This document shows, piece by piece, positions 36,182 to 45,650 of a stretch of DNA of 64,000 nt. The notes beneath the pieces were generated by a model that worked only from the letters and a program-made list of their open reading frames with translations, was not told the DNA's origin and ran no database searches. Numbering within the stretch: position 1 is the first letter of the stretch; each line of letters opens with the position of its first letter. Source of the DNA: Candidatus Zambryskiibacteriota bacterium (GTDB taxonomy: Bacteria > Patescibacteriota > Minisyncoccia > Phycocordibacterales > WO2-35-19); contig JASNZL010000002.1 in assembly GCA_048499675.1 (NCBI GenBank), positions 40,138 through 104,137 of the forward strand, given 5' to 3'. Both the position numbers and the translations under genes were made by a program.

Positions 36182-36251
36182 GGTAGTGAATTTTGGCAAT
36201 AATTCCTACGGAATTGGTTAATTAATTAACATTGCCAAAATCTACTACTGG
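36182..36251 (+). repeat. third copy of the gtagtgaattttggca..tgccaaaatctactac hairpin, abutting the start codon of the Fic gene
   Basis: ccggtagtgaattttggcaat-N29-attgccaaaatctactactgg; the same hairpin occurs at 8614-8680 and 55480-55556. Confidence 0.7.
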
Positions 36252-37256
36252 ATGAAAAACGAACACAACAAATTACAAAGTATTGTCATTTATAAAGACA
36301 AGAAAGGTAATGTTGAACTAAAAACCGATATTCAAAAAGAAACAATTTGGGCAACTCAGGACCAGATTGCTTTTCTTTTTGGTACAAAAAGGCCGGCAAT
36401 TACAAAGCACTTACAAAACATCTTTAAATCAAACGAATTAAATAAGAATTCAGTTAGTTCCATTTTGGAACATACTGCAAGCGACGGAAAGAAATACAAA
36501 ACCCAATTCTACAACTTGGACGCGATGATTGCTGTTGGATATAGAGTAAACTCAAAAAGAGCTACTCAATTTCGTATCTGGGCAACCAAAACGTTGAGAG
36601 ATTACATAATCAAAGGTGTTGCTATAAATACCGAAAGAATAAAAAAATTGCATGAAGCAGGACTCAAAGATTTGCAAAACAAAATTGAATTTATTCAAAA
36701 CACTATTCAAAAAAGAGAACTGGATAAAGACGAGATCCAGAGTCTTTTGTCTGTCATAAAGGATTATGCAAACTCCTGGACCACTCTCAAAGAATATGAC
36801 GAGGGTGATATTGTAATCAAAAAAAGCAAAAACAAAGAGAGAAAAATTTTTGATTATGAATTTGCCCGTAAAGCAATCGATGAATTAAAAATAAACCTTG
36901 TTAACAAAAAAGAAGCGGGTGATTTGTTTGGTAACGAAAGAGATGAAACATTCAAAGGCATTCTAAAAACAATTTATCAAACATTTGACAGCAAAGAGCT
37001 ATACGCGAGCTTAGAAGAAAAAGCTTCTCATTTGTTGTATTTTATAATCAAAGACCATCCGTTTTCTGATGGAAACAAAAGGGTTGGTTCTCTTTTGTTC
37101 ATTTTATTTCTAGAAAGAAATAATATTTTACTTAGAAAAAATGGGGAAAGAAAAATAAACGACAATACTCTTGTTGCCCTTGCCCTCTTGGTTGCCGAAA
37201 GCAATCCTAATGAAAAAGAAACAATGACTGCTTTAATTACAAACCTTTTGATTTAA
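36252..37256 (+). CDS. RhuM-family N-terminal domain plus Fic/Doc domain protein
   Basis: YNLDAMIAVGYRVNSKRATQFRIWATKTLRDY (RhuM-like) and a C-terminal Fic motif HPFSDGNKRVGS. Confidence 0.75.
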   Translation: MKNEHNKLQSIVIYKDKKGNVELKTDIQKETIWATQDQIAFLFGTKRPAITKHLQNIFKSNELNKNSVSSILEHTASDGKKYKTQFYNLDAMIAVGYRVNSKRATQFRIWATKTLRDYIIKGVAINTERIKKLHEAGLKDLQNKIEFIQNTIQKRELDKDEIQSLLSVIKDYANSWTTLKEYDEGDIVIKKSKNKERKIFDYEFARKAIDELKINLVNKKEAGDLFGNERDETFKGILKTIYQTFDSKELYASLEEKASHLLYFIIKDHPFSDGNKRVGSLLFILFLERNNILLRKNGERKINDNTLVALALLVAESNPNEKETMTALITNLLI

Positions 37257-37403
37257 AAAATTAAAACAAAAAGGCGCCAGAACTTGTCTGACGCCACCCA
37301 CTGTTATTTTTTAGTGGGTTTTGGTTTGGGAGCAGGCTTTTCCTGCTCCCGTGTCCAGTAAGGCTTTCCGCGCCCACTGGAGCCAGAATTGGCGTATGGC
37401 ATC

Positions 37404-37790
37404 CTATTCACCCCCTTTCTTTTCAAGCTTTACCAAGGTTCCTGCACCATCATTGAACCTTGCTAGAACCCTGCTTTTGAGAAGTTTTATAACCTCTTCG
37501 TTTATTTTTGTGTTGCAATCCAAGACACGATCTTCGTCCAGGTAAAGAATTTCCCGAACAAGCTTCTCGGGAAGTTCGAGGTTCTTCTCAAACACCTCAA
37601 AGAATTTCCCCTTTAAATCCTTTTGCCAACTTGAGCTCTGGCACTGGAGGCAGTAATCCAATTTGACTCCCAGCTCCTGCAACTCAACCAGAGTTCTCTG
37701 GACTCGAAAGAAATCGTCCGCGGAAACTTCCTCGAAAACTGCCTCGAGAGCGAAGAAACCAATACCTTCAAGACTGAGAGCGATTCCCAT
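37404..37790 (-). CDS. hypothetical protein
   Basis: SD aaaggagataat before ATG (MGIALSLEG...); moderately GC-enriched. Confidence 0.4.
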   Translation of the reverse strand: MGIALSLEGIGFFALEAVFEEVSADDFFRVQRTLVELQELGVKLDYCLQCQSSSWQKDLKGKFFEVFEKNLELPEKLVREILYLDEDRVLDCNTKINEEVIKLLKSRVLARFNDGAGTLVKLEKKGGE

Positions 37791-38264
37791 ATTATCTCCT
37801 TTTCTCAAAGAACTTAGGGATTTCTCCCTAGTAAAATTCGTTTTGTTTACGGATCTTGCTAGGGAGGGCGATTGCTTTTAGGTAATCGCCCTATCTTGCG
37901 ATGATTCCTCAGGGAGAGTCAATCAACATACTGACCCTGTACCCCCTTGGCTTTTGCTATTCGCTCGGCTTCCGCACTAGGTCCTCGAGCAGTTTGTTGG
38001 GTTTGGCTTTTTCCCCTTCGCTCAACAAACCATGTTTAGCCGCAGACTCCGTCCGCCACCTGCAACCGCATCGCAAACGGAAGGCAAATTCGTCAAAGAA
38101 CTTTGTTTTACTTCTGTATCCATTATAGCAAATTTAATGTAAATAGTCAAGCACTATATCTAAACTTTAAACTAAATAAACCTTTATTTACAATGGTTTT
38201 TTGTTATATACAAGATAATAGTCAAAAATATTGACTATTTTTACGCTCTTGATATAATATAACT

Positions 38265-38996
38265 ATGATCAAAATTAAAGAAGCTTTAAAGAATTTGGGA
38301 CTTAACGAAAAGCAAACAATTGTATATTTAAGTTTACTTCAGCTTGGAAATACCACTGCATATAAAATTGCTCAAAAGAGTGGCCTTAAAAGGCCGACCG
38401 TATATGTGGTTATGGAAGAATTAAGACAAAAGGGTCTTGTTTTGAAAATTCCCTACCCCAAAAAACAAATATATGGTGCAAAATCTCCCGAGGAATTAAT
38501 AATTGAGTCTGAAAGTAAAATAAGTGCCATTAGAAATATGTTGCCAGAACTCATGGCTTTGATGAGGAACGATGACAAACCAAGTGTTATGTATTTTGAA
38601 GGACTAGATGGCATAAAGGAAATACTAAACTTTGGATTGAATAAGTTAGAAAACAGTGAGCTTGTAGGTTTCAATGCTCATGCTGACGGGACAGATGAAA
38701 GAATGGTAAGCATTTTTGATGAGTATAACAACATATTAAAAAGAAAAAATGTAAAAATCAGAGGAATCGTTCCAGAGCACTTAAGTTTGAAGCAATACCG
38801 AGAGGAAGATGAAATATTCAACAGAAAAATGAAAACTGTTGCCTTTGATAAATATTCCTCCAATGTTTCAATTGATATTGGATCAGATTTTGTAAAAATC
38901 TTAATGTTTAGTACATTGCAAGGGGTGATTATCGAAGATAAAAATTTGGCTATGGCAATGAAACAAATATTCGAAATGCAGTGGGATAGTATTTAG
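38265..38996 (+). CDS. TrmB-family transcriptional regulator
   Basis: N-terminal wHTH LNEKQTIVYLSLLQLGNTTAYKIAQKSGLKRPTVYVVMEELRQKGLV. Confidence 0.65.
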   Translation: MIKIKEALKNLGLNEKQTIVYLSLLQLGNTTAYKIAQKSGLKRPTVYVVMEELRQKGLVLKIPYPKKQIYGAKSPEELIIESESKISAIRNMLPELMALMRNDDKPSVMYFEGLDGIKEILNFGLNKLENSELVGFNAHADGTDERMVSIFDEYNNILKRKNVKIRGIVPEHLSLKQYREEDEIFNRKMKTVAFDKYSSNVSIDIGSDFVKILMFSTLQGVIIEDKNLAMAMKQIFEMQWDSI

Positions 38997-39010
38997 GTTA
39001 AGATATAAAT

Positions 39011-39823
39011 ATGAAAATCATAAGCTGGAACGTAAATGGACTAAGGGCGGTGCACAAGAAGGGGCTTTTTATGCCTTTTGTAGATAAATACAAGCCAGAT
39101 ATTATTTGTTTGCAAGAAATAAAGTCGCAAAAGGACCAAAACGAGCTTGACCTGAAAGATTATGAAGAATTTTGGAATCCGGCAGAAAGAAAAGGTTATA
39201 GTGGCACCGCCATTTTTGTTAAGAAAGACAAGAATTTAAAAGTATTAAGCACCACCCTTGGCTTCCCTCAAAAAATTGTCAAAAAATATGATTTGGAAAA
39301 TGATGGTTACGGGGACTTAAACAAAGAAGGTAGAATAATTACAGCTGAATTTAATGATTTTTACTTGGTAAACTGTTACACCCCCAACTCAAAGGAGGAT
39401 TTAAGTAGGTTGGATTTAAGATTTAAGAAGTGGGACCCTGCTTTTTTGGAACATGTTAAAAATCTGGCTAAGTTAAAAAATGTCATTTTTTGTGGCGATT
39501 TAAATGTCGCTCACACTGAAGACGATTTGGCTAATCCAAAACCAAATATAGGAAAACATGGCTTTACAAAAGAAGAAAGAGAAGGAGTAGATAAAATAAT
39601 ACAAAACGGCTTTGTTGACACCTTTAGAATATTTACACAAGGCAAAGGCCACTACACTTGGTGGACCCATTTTGCGAACGCCAGAGCAAGAAATGTTGGC
39701 TGGAGAATAGATTATTTCTTTGCAAACAAAAAGCTTGTCAAAAAAATCAAAACATCGAGCATTTTGCCTAATGTTTTGGGTTCGGACCACTGCCCCGTTC
39801 TCTTGGAAGTTGATAGTTTTTAG
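39011..39823 (+). CDS. xth: exodeoxyribonuclease III / AP endonuclease
   Basis: MKIISWNVNGLRA...DIICLQEIK...GDLNVAH...SDHCPV. Confidence 0.85.
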   Translation: MKIISWNVNGLRAVHKKGLFMPFVDKYKPDIICLQEIKSQKDQNELDLKDYEEFWNPAERKGYSGTAIFVKKDKNLKVLSTTLGFPQKIVKKYDLENDGYGDLNKEGRIITAEFNDFYLVNCYTPNSKEDLSRLDLRFKKWDPAFLEHVKNLAKLKNVIFCGDLNVAHTEDDLANPKPNIGKHGFTKEEREGVDKIIQNGFVDTFRIFTQGKGHYTWWTHFANARARNVGWRIDYFFANKKLVKKIKTSSILPNVLGSDHCPVLLEVDSF

Positions 39824-40328
39824 ATATTAGTTGTTAGTAAAAGATTTTGTTTTTACTAAAAACTAAAACCTAATACCTGTAATCTATTTAGACATAAAAA
39901 AAAACCACCAAGATGCGGTGGAGGGTTTCGCACAACAAGGTGGTTTCTAAAATATCCCTATATGAAGGGAAAAGAACATACTGCCCAGCCCTAATTTTAT
40001 ATCCAAAACTTTAGGTACAAAATTAGAGCCGGGAGCAAAAGATAAACTCAGTCAAATAGCGCCATTATAGAAATGAGTCTTATATCTCAAAAATAAATAC
40101 ACAAAAATGAAGATATGTATAACTCTCTTTTCTATTATTAACCAAGCTTTCTTTTATTTCGTCCGTCGACGAATAATAACAAAGAACTAATTGCCAATGA
40201 TAAGATGAGTTGTCTTTTTAAAATATTGGCTATGTCTGATATATATTTTATGTCCTTTACAAACAATGTAAAGGACATACTGTGGACAATTAATAAGTCA
40301 CAAGGACAATTACTAAAATGTCTTTTTA

Positions 40329-41912
40329 TTAAGCCACGGAATGCTTGTTTCTAATTTGCTTGATTATTTTTTCTTCTTCTTTTTCTCTCTTCTCTTTACC
40401 CTTTTCTGACATTTTTTTTAGTTCACCTTCTGGCAATTTACTTAGTTCAATTACTCTATTTTCTAAATACTCTTTTGTGTTTAGTTTTGGATCATCTAGT
40501 ATTTCCTCCAATAAAGCATTCAGAATTTGTCCTATTATAGGCCCAGGTTTTACATCCAATAATTCCATTATTCTTTGACCATTAACTTTTAACATTCCAA
40601 CAGAAATCGGATCAGCCATTACCTCTTCTATCATGGCTTGATATTTTCTTAGTCTATACGGATTCTCTTTTGGTCTACCTGTTCCTATTCTGTCACAGTG
40701 CCTAATATTTATTAAATCCCAAACGTTTTCTTTACCAACATTAGATATCATCCTTCTCACCGCAGAATGTGTAATTTGTGCTGTATCTGAGAAAAACATA
40801 TGCCACCTTACCAATTTTGAAACGCGCTCAATTGTTTCACGTGAAAATTTAAGATTCTCTAATATCGCCTTAGTTACACGTGAACCAATTACTTCATGGC
40901 CATAAAATGTCCATTGCTTAGCTTCCTGATCGAACCTTCTACTTGCCGGTTTTGATATGTCATGAAATAGTGCAGATAGTCTCACGTGTAACGGAAAATT
41001 TTTGTCTGCAGAATGTTGAACTGTTTTGATTAAATGAGTCCATACATCATAAGAATGCGCCTTATTTTGCTCAATTCCTATGGTGTCCTCAAGCTCTGGT
41101 ATTACATATGTTAGAACTCCAAGTTTTCTCATTAACTCCAAACCTCCACTTGGATTTGGCGACATTATAATCTTTATAAACTCATCTCTAATCCTTTCTT
41201 TTGAGATAGATTTCAAAATATCCTTATTTTCCAATATTGCTTTCTCAGTCTCTGAATCAATTACAAAACCTAGTTCCACGTGAAATCTAATTGCTCTTAG
41301 TATCCTTAGACCATCTTCATAAAATCTATCTTTTGGGTTGCCAACTGTTTTAATAATTCCTCTAGCCAAATCTGCAACCCCATAAAAAGGATCTATTATT
41401 TCACCCGTATCTGTATCATACGCTATGGAATTTATTGTAAAATCACGCCTCTTTAGATCATCCTCTATCTTATCGCTGAATTTAACACTGTCAGGCCTTC
41501 TATGGTCAGAATAAGCGCCCTCTATTCTATACGGCGTTATTTCTATAACTTTTAAGCTATTATCTCTCAATTTATCATTACTATTGGAATTTAAGCTTTC
41601 CGACTCATTTGTTACATGTGTAACCAAAGAGCCTTCTTCATGGCCTACATCCTCGGTGAATTCGTCAGATTCCTCGACAACGGCTACTGTACCGAAATTA
41701 TTCTCATACACAGTCTTGGGGAAAAGCAGAATAATCTCCTCCGGCTTAGCATTTGTTGTAACATCCCAATCTTTTGGTTTTCTACCCATAAACAAATCTC
41801 TGACACAACCACCAACCAAATATGCCTCAAAACCAGCGTTTTTGAGGACAGATGTTACACGCGAAACCTTTTCGGGTATATCAAATTTTTGTATTTTTAC
41901 ACTATTGTCCAT
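40329..41912 (-). CDS. cca: CCA-adding enzyme / tRNA nucleotidyltransferase with HD domain
   Basis: YLVGGCVRDLFMG...DWDVTT (pol-beta head), RRDFTINSIAYD, HD domain HDISK; cotranscribed orientation with the two upstream tRNAs. Confidence 0.8.
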   Translation of the reverse strand: MDNSVKIQKFDIPEKVSRVTSVLKNAGFEAYLVGGCVRDLFMGRKPKDWDVTTNAKPEEIILLFPKTVYENNFGTVAVVEESDEFTEDVGHEEGSLVTHVTNESESLNSNSNDKLRDNSLKVIEITPYRIEGAYSDHRRPDSVKFSDKIEDDLKRRDFTINSIAYDTDTGEIIDPFYGVADLARGIIKTVGNPKDRFYEDGLRILRAIRFHVELGFVIDSETEKAILENKDILKSISKERIRDEFIKIIMSPNPSGGLELMRKLGVLTYVIPELEDTIGIEQNKAHSYDVWTHLIKTVQHSADKNFPLHVRLSALFHDISKPASRRFDQEAKQWTFYGHEVIGSRVTKAILENLKFSRETIERVSKLVRWHMFFSDTAQITHSAVRRMISNVGKENVWDLINIRHCDRIGTGRPKENPYRLRKYQAMIEEVMADPISVGMLKVNGQRIMELLDVKPGPIIGQILNALLEEILDDPKLNTKEYLENRVIELSKLPEGELKKMSEKGKEKREKEEEKIIKQIRNKHSVA

Positions 41913-41965
41913 ATTTTATAAATTTAATCCTTAGATCAACTTCTTCTGCTGACATCAAACTTTTG

Positions 41966-42037
41966 CGCGCCCGCCAGGATTCGAACCCAGAATAACGGTT
42001 CCGAAGACCGCTGTGATATCCATTTCACCACGGGCGC
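41966..42037 (-). tRNA. tRNA-Arg (anticodon TCG)
   Basis: Reverse complement GCGCCCG-TG-GTGA-AATGGAT-ATCAC-A-GCGGT-CTTCGGA-ACCGT-TATT-CTGGG-TTCGAAT-CCTGG-CGGGCGC. Confidence 0.7.
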
Positions 42038-42097
42038 GTAAATAAATAGTAACACTTATTCAGTATAATTAATACAAAATATAAGTGCTTTAATGTG

Positions 42098-42168
42098 TGC
42101 GGTCAGGGGGAATCGAACCCCCATCTCAGTCTTGGCAAGACCGTATTTTACCACTAAATTATGACCGC
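42098..42168 (-). tRNA. tRNA-Gly (anticodon GCC)
   Basis: Reverse complement GCGGTCA-TA-ATTT-AGTGGTA-AAAT-A-CGGTC-TTGCCAA-GACTG-AGAT-GGGGG-TTCGATT-CCCCC-TGACCGC-A. Confidence 0.8.
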
Positions 42169-42460
42169 TTCAAGTATAAAAATATACTTGTATATAATTT
42201 AGCATAAATATTTTTATTAACAAAATCAACTTTTGGATAAAAATGACAAATCATACCAAAAGACTAAAAGTATTATAGAATTTACGAACAAAAAGTAATA
42301 TAATTAACTTAGTGTCTTTATGGTCTAGTAGACCTTATTTATCAACATAACTGTGGATAACTTTGGGGACACTGTGTATAAGTCAAAGTCAATAGATTTA
42401 ATATATGGCTTAAAATAAGGATTTATTGAAAAGACAGACTTTTACACAGTCCTATAATTA

Positions 42461-42901
42461 TTGACACAATTTTATATGGCATTACACAACGAACTAGGGG
42501 AAATGGGGGAGAATATTGCTTCTAATTTTCTTATAAATAAAGGTTTTAAACTGATAGAAAGGAACCATAATAGAAAATGGGGAGAGATAGATATAATTCT
42601 ACACAAAGACAAAAGACTACATTTTGTTGAAGTCAAAACAGTAAAAAGACAGTCAGTAAATGGATTTTTTGAGCAACCAATGACAAACACATTATCAAAA
42701 AGCAAAAATGAGATAAGACCCGAGGAAAATATGCACATTCACAAAGTTAAAAGATTGAAACGAGTTATTGAGACATACTTGCTTGAAAATAAACACAAAT
42801 GGGGAAGTGAGGTGGTTTGGCAGTTTGATTTGGTATGTGTTTATGCTGATCCAGATAAAAAAGTGGCTAAGGTAAGTATTATGCAAAATCTTATATTATA
42901 A
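42461..42901 (+). CDS. YraN-family (UPF0102) PD-(D/E)xK endonuclease-like protein
   Basis: GE.IA..FL..KGF.LIERN.R...GEIDII......LHFVEVKT. Confidence 0.7.
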   Translation: MTQFYMALHNELGEMGENIASNFLINKGFKLIERNHNRKWGEIDIILHKDKRLHFVEVKTVKRQSVNGFFEQPMTNTLSKSKNEIRPEENMHIHKVKRLKRVIETYLLENKHKWGSEVVWQFDLVCVYADPDKKVAKVSIMQNLIL

Positions 42902-42966
42902 GCTTAGAGCTTGAAGCTAACCTGCCTGCCGGCGAGGCAGGGGGCTTAGAGAAAAAGAAACATTGT

Positions 42967-42985
42967 TTCGGAGTGCCGAGAATCG
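42967..42985. repeat. 19-bp duplicate of the tRNA-Pro 3-prime end, 138 bp from the gene copy (43104-43122)
   Basis: ttcggagtgccgagaatcg occurs twice; the intervening ~120 bp has the same hairpin architecture as the element after tRNA-Ser, and the junction again reads cctgtaagg. Confidence 0.75.
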
Positions 42986-43104
42986 TTCCTTACAGGAACA
43001 GTGCAGGTTTCCTATTTATTCGGACAAAGTCCTCATAAATAAAGGAGAACCTTTTCGATTCTCGGACGCAAGCAAAGTAGTTTGCTTGCTCATCCTCACT
43101 ACGT

Positions 43105-43175
43105 TCGGAGTGCCGAGAATCGAACTCGGACCTAACGCTCCCAAAGCGTTTATACTACCACTATACTACACTCCG
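43105..43175 (-). tRNA. tRNA-Pro (anticodon TGG)
   Basis: Reverse complement CGGAGTG-TAG-TATA-GTGGTAG-TATA-AACGC-TTTGGGA-GCGTT-AGGT-CCGAG-TTCGATT-CTCGG-CACTCCG-A; the junction between acceptor and D-arm is slightly irregular. Confidence 0.6.
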
Positions 43176-43428
43176 TGAATATAAAGATAATACTATGAAA
43201 ATATATTTTTAGCCACTTTTGCTTGAAAATTAATAAATTACACTCTCTCAACAAACAAACTACTAATTCCCTTAAAACTCAATAAAAGCAAGAACTTAAA
43301 TCTAAGTAAAATAAGGTTTTTTGATGATTTTGATAAAGTGGTGGAAATCAACAAAAACAGAGTTTAAAAAACTTGACAGAGTACACCAAAAGTATATACT
43401 TATTATATACTAATTAACTTAAAATATT

Positions 43429-43716
43429 ATGACCTCACAAGTTATTTTTAAAATAGATAAAAAGATGAAAGACGCGGCTCAAGCCAAAGCCAAAAAAGAA
43501 GGGATTTCTCTTGCCGATATTTATAAATCTGCCACCCGATCATATATTGACGGTAATCTTAGTATTGGGCTCATTTATTATGGGACATTAACCCCAAACG
43601 CCAAAACAGGGAGAGCTTTAATGAAGGCTAGAAGGGAAATAAAAGCGGGTAAAAATATGTCGGGCCCTTTCAAAACTACAGCCGAAGTGAATGCTCATCT
43701 TGATAGTTTAATATAA
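43429..43716 (+). CDS. RelB/DinJ-family antitoxin
   Basis: MTSQVIFKIDKKMKDAAQAKAKKEGISLADIYKSATRSYID, a ribbon-helix-helix antitoxin pattern, 4 nt upstream of the toxin gene. Confidence 0.6.
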   Translation: MTSQVIFKIDKKMKDAAQAKAKKEGISLADIYKSATRSYIDGNLSIGLIYYGTLTPNAKTGRALMKARREIKAGKNMSGPFKTTAEVNAHLDSLI

Positions 43717-43720
43717 AAAT

Positions 43721-43981
43721 ATGCAATTTTTCTTTAAAGAAAAGTTCAATCATAGCTACAAGAAACTTAGTCCAAAAATAAAAGCAAGATTCAAAGAGAG
43801 AAGGGAATTATTTAGCAAAGAGCCAAACTGCAGAATTCTGAATCTTCACAAACTGAGCGGAAAATACGACGGTATGTGGAGCATAAATATTACCGGCGAC
43901 TACAGAGCTATTTTTGATAAGCAAAATGAAGAAATAATAATTTTCATAAATATAGGCACCCACAGTGAACTATTTAAATGA
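43721..43981 (+). CDS. RelE/ParE-family toxin
   Basis: 86 aa, ...WSINITGDYRAIFDKQNEEIIIFINIGTHSELFK. Confidence 0.65.
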   Translation: MQFFFKEKFNHSYKKLSPKIKARFKERRELFSKEPNCRILNLHKLSGKYDGMWSINITGDYRAIFDKQNEEIIIFINIGTHSELFK

Positions 43982-44291
43982 TTTCGACAAGGTGGTGAAA
44001 ATTTCTCAGGGGAAATAAAATGGTTCATGCGTCCGGAATCAAAAACTGGAATATGTTTTTTATTGGCGTGTTTTTAGTAGAACACGCGAAGTGGGTCACG
44101 AAATTTAACCAATAACTAAATAACTGGGTATTTGTGACCGATTCTAAGCACTCCAATAATACCTTCTTGTCTTTGTAAAGGTGTTACATACTAATTTTAC
44201 AAAAATGTATTCTAATTCTTTTACACAGAAGTGACGTGTATTTGTAAATTGCTGTAATATAATTTAGGTATTATCAATTTACTAGTTATAT

Positions 44292-45566
44292 ATGGTCAAT
44301 GAACAAATGCTTGATTACATCAAGCAACAATCAAGTCAGGGTGTAGATAAAGTTAAAATAAAAGAGTCTTTATTGGGTGCGGGGTGGAAAGAATCTGATG
44401 TTTCAGAATCTTTTAGAATATTGTTTCCAGAAACCACAGTTACTCCAGAGAATAATATCTCTAACAATGAATCCATGGTTCCTCAAGCTGGATTACTTGG
44501 TACCAAACAAATTTTGTCGAACGCATTAGAGGATTATAAAAAACATTTTTTCAAATACGTAGGGGTGTACCTTCTTCCAGTTATACTCATTCAACTATAT
44601 TCTATGTTCGTTATTGATAAAATATTTGGTGTAGATTATGCCGTTGCCGAATCAGTAAATCCATTAATGTTTCTGCTAATAATTCCTGTATTCATTCTAT
44701 TAACTTGGGGTCATTCTTCTCTGATTTCTGTAGTTGTAGACAGAAAGGAAGGTGGTGGCATCGCTCAATATTTCAGTACTGGTTTTTCTAAACTACCTTC
44801 TCTATTATGGGTTCACATCTTAACCCTAACGATCTTGTTTGGATTGTATATGCTCTTTGTTATACCTGGTATAATCTTTTCGTTTTACTTGGCTTTTTCT
44901 GCTTTCTTCATTTTTGATCAAGATATAAAAGGAACAAACGCGCTCAAGGCGAGCAGGTCCTATGTGCAAGGCAACTGGGGAAAAGTTGCCACAAGAGTTT
45001 TCCTAATATCAATCGCCATATTCCTGATGGGGGTATTTCTAGAAATGATCTTATCGCTCGTAGGTCTTGAATCAATTGCCAGTTTTGTAAGTTCAACTAT
45101 TCTGTTCCCGTTGTTTGTTATTGCAAATTATGTTCTATATAAAAATCTTAGGAATATAAAAGGGTTAGTCAACGAAAACGATTTGAAACAAACTGGAGGA
45201 CTAAAGGGTTTCCTGATTTGGGGAATTATTGCTGTTATTTTGGTTACCTTTTCAGTTATAGCACTTAGTGCCATGAAGGGAGCCAGGGACAGGGGAGAAG
45301 AAACAAAAAGTATTTTTTACGATATACAGCGCTCTAGCGATATTTCTACAATAAAACTAGCTTTGGATAGATACTATCTTGAGTATGGATTTTATCCGTA
45401 TATGTTAACTGAACTAAACCCAGTATTTTTAACAAGAGAATTCAATGATCCTGTTACAGGTATGGGTTATGTGTACGAAAGAATAAGTGATGATGAATAT
45501 AGTATTTGCTCAGAATTGTCTTCTGGAGAAAAATATTGTATGACCGAGCAAATGAGCAATTTGTAA
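44292..45566 (+). CDS. polytopic membrane protein with an internal prepilin-like segment and C-terminal pseudopilin (GspG-like) domain
   Basis: Several TM helices, then KG-FLIWGIIAVILVTFSVIALSAMKGARDRGEE...IKLALDRYYLEYGFYP...DPVTGMGYVYE, which resembles type II secretion pseudopilins. Confidence 0.45.
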   Translation: MVNEQMLDYIKQQSSQGVDKVKIKESLLGAGWKESDVSESFRILFPETTVTPENNISNNESMVPQAGLLGTKQILSNALEDYKKHFFKYVGVYLLPVILIQLYSMFVIDKIFGVDYAVAESVNPLMFLLIIPVFILLTWGHSSLISVVVDRKEGGGIAQYFSTGFSKLPSLLWVHILTLTILFGLYMLFVIPGIIFSFYLAFSAFFIFDQDIKGTNALKASRSYVQGNWGKVATRVFLISIAIFLMGVFLEMILSLVGLESIASFVSSTILFPLFVIANYVLYKNLRNIKGLVNENDLKQTGGLKGFLIWGIIAVILVTFSVIALSAMKGARDRGEETKSIFYDIQRSSDISTIKLALDRYYLEYGFYPYMLTELNPVFLTREFNDPVTGMGYVYERISDDEYSICSELSSGEKYCMTEQMSNL

Positions 45567-45585
45567 TAAAAACCATATGACAATC

Positions 45586-45610
45586 AAAAACCCGCTAGTA
45601 GCGGGTTTTT
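45586..45610 (+). terminator. rho-independent terminator (cccgcta-gtagcggg plus T run)
   Basis: aaaaacccgctagtagcgggttttt. Confidence 0.7.
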
Positions 45611-45650
45611 GATTAAAATAAAAAAATCATTTTATGCTATTATCCTTTTT

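Noticed and set aside
36182-36251. Hairpin upstream of fic as a simple xerC terminator
   Set aside because: It may act as one, but it is a specific copy of the hairpin found in both r-protein leader repeats, so it is reported as a repeat instead
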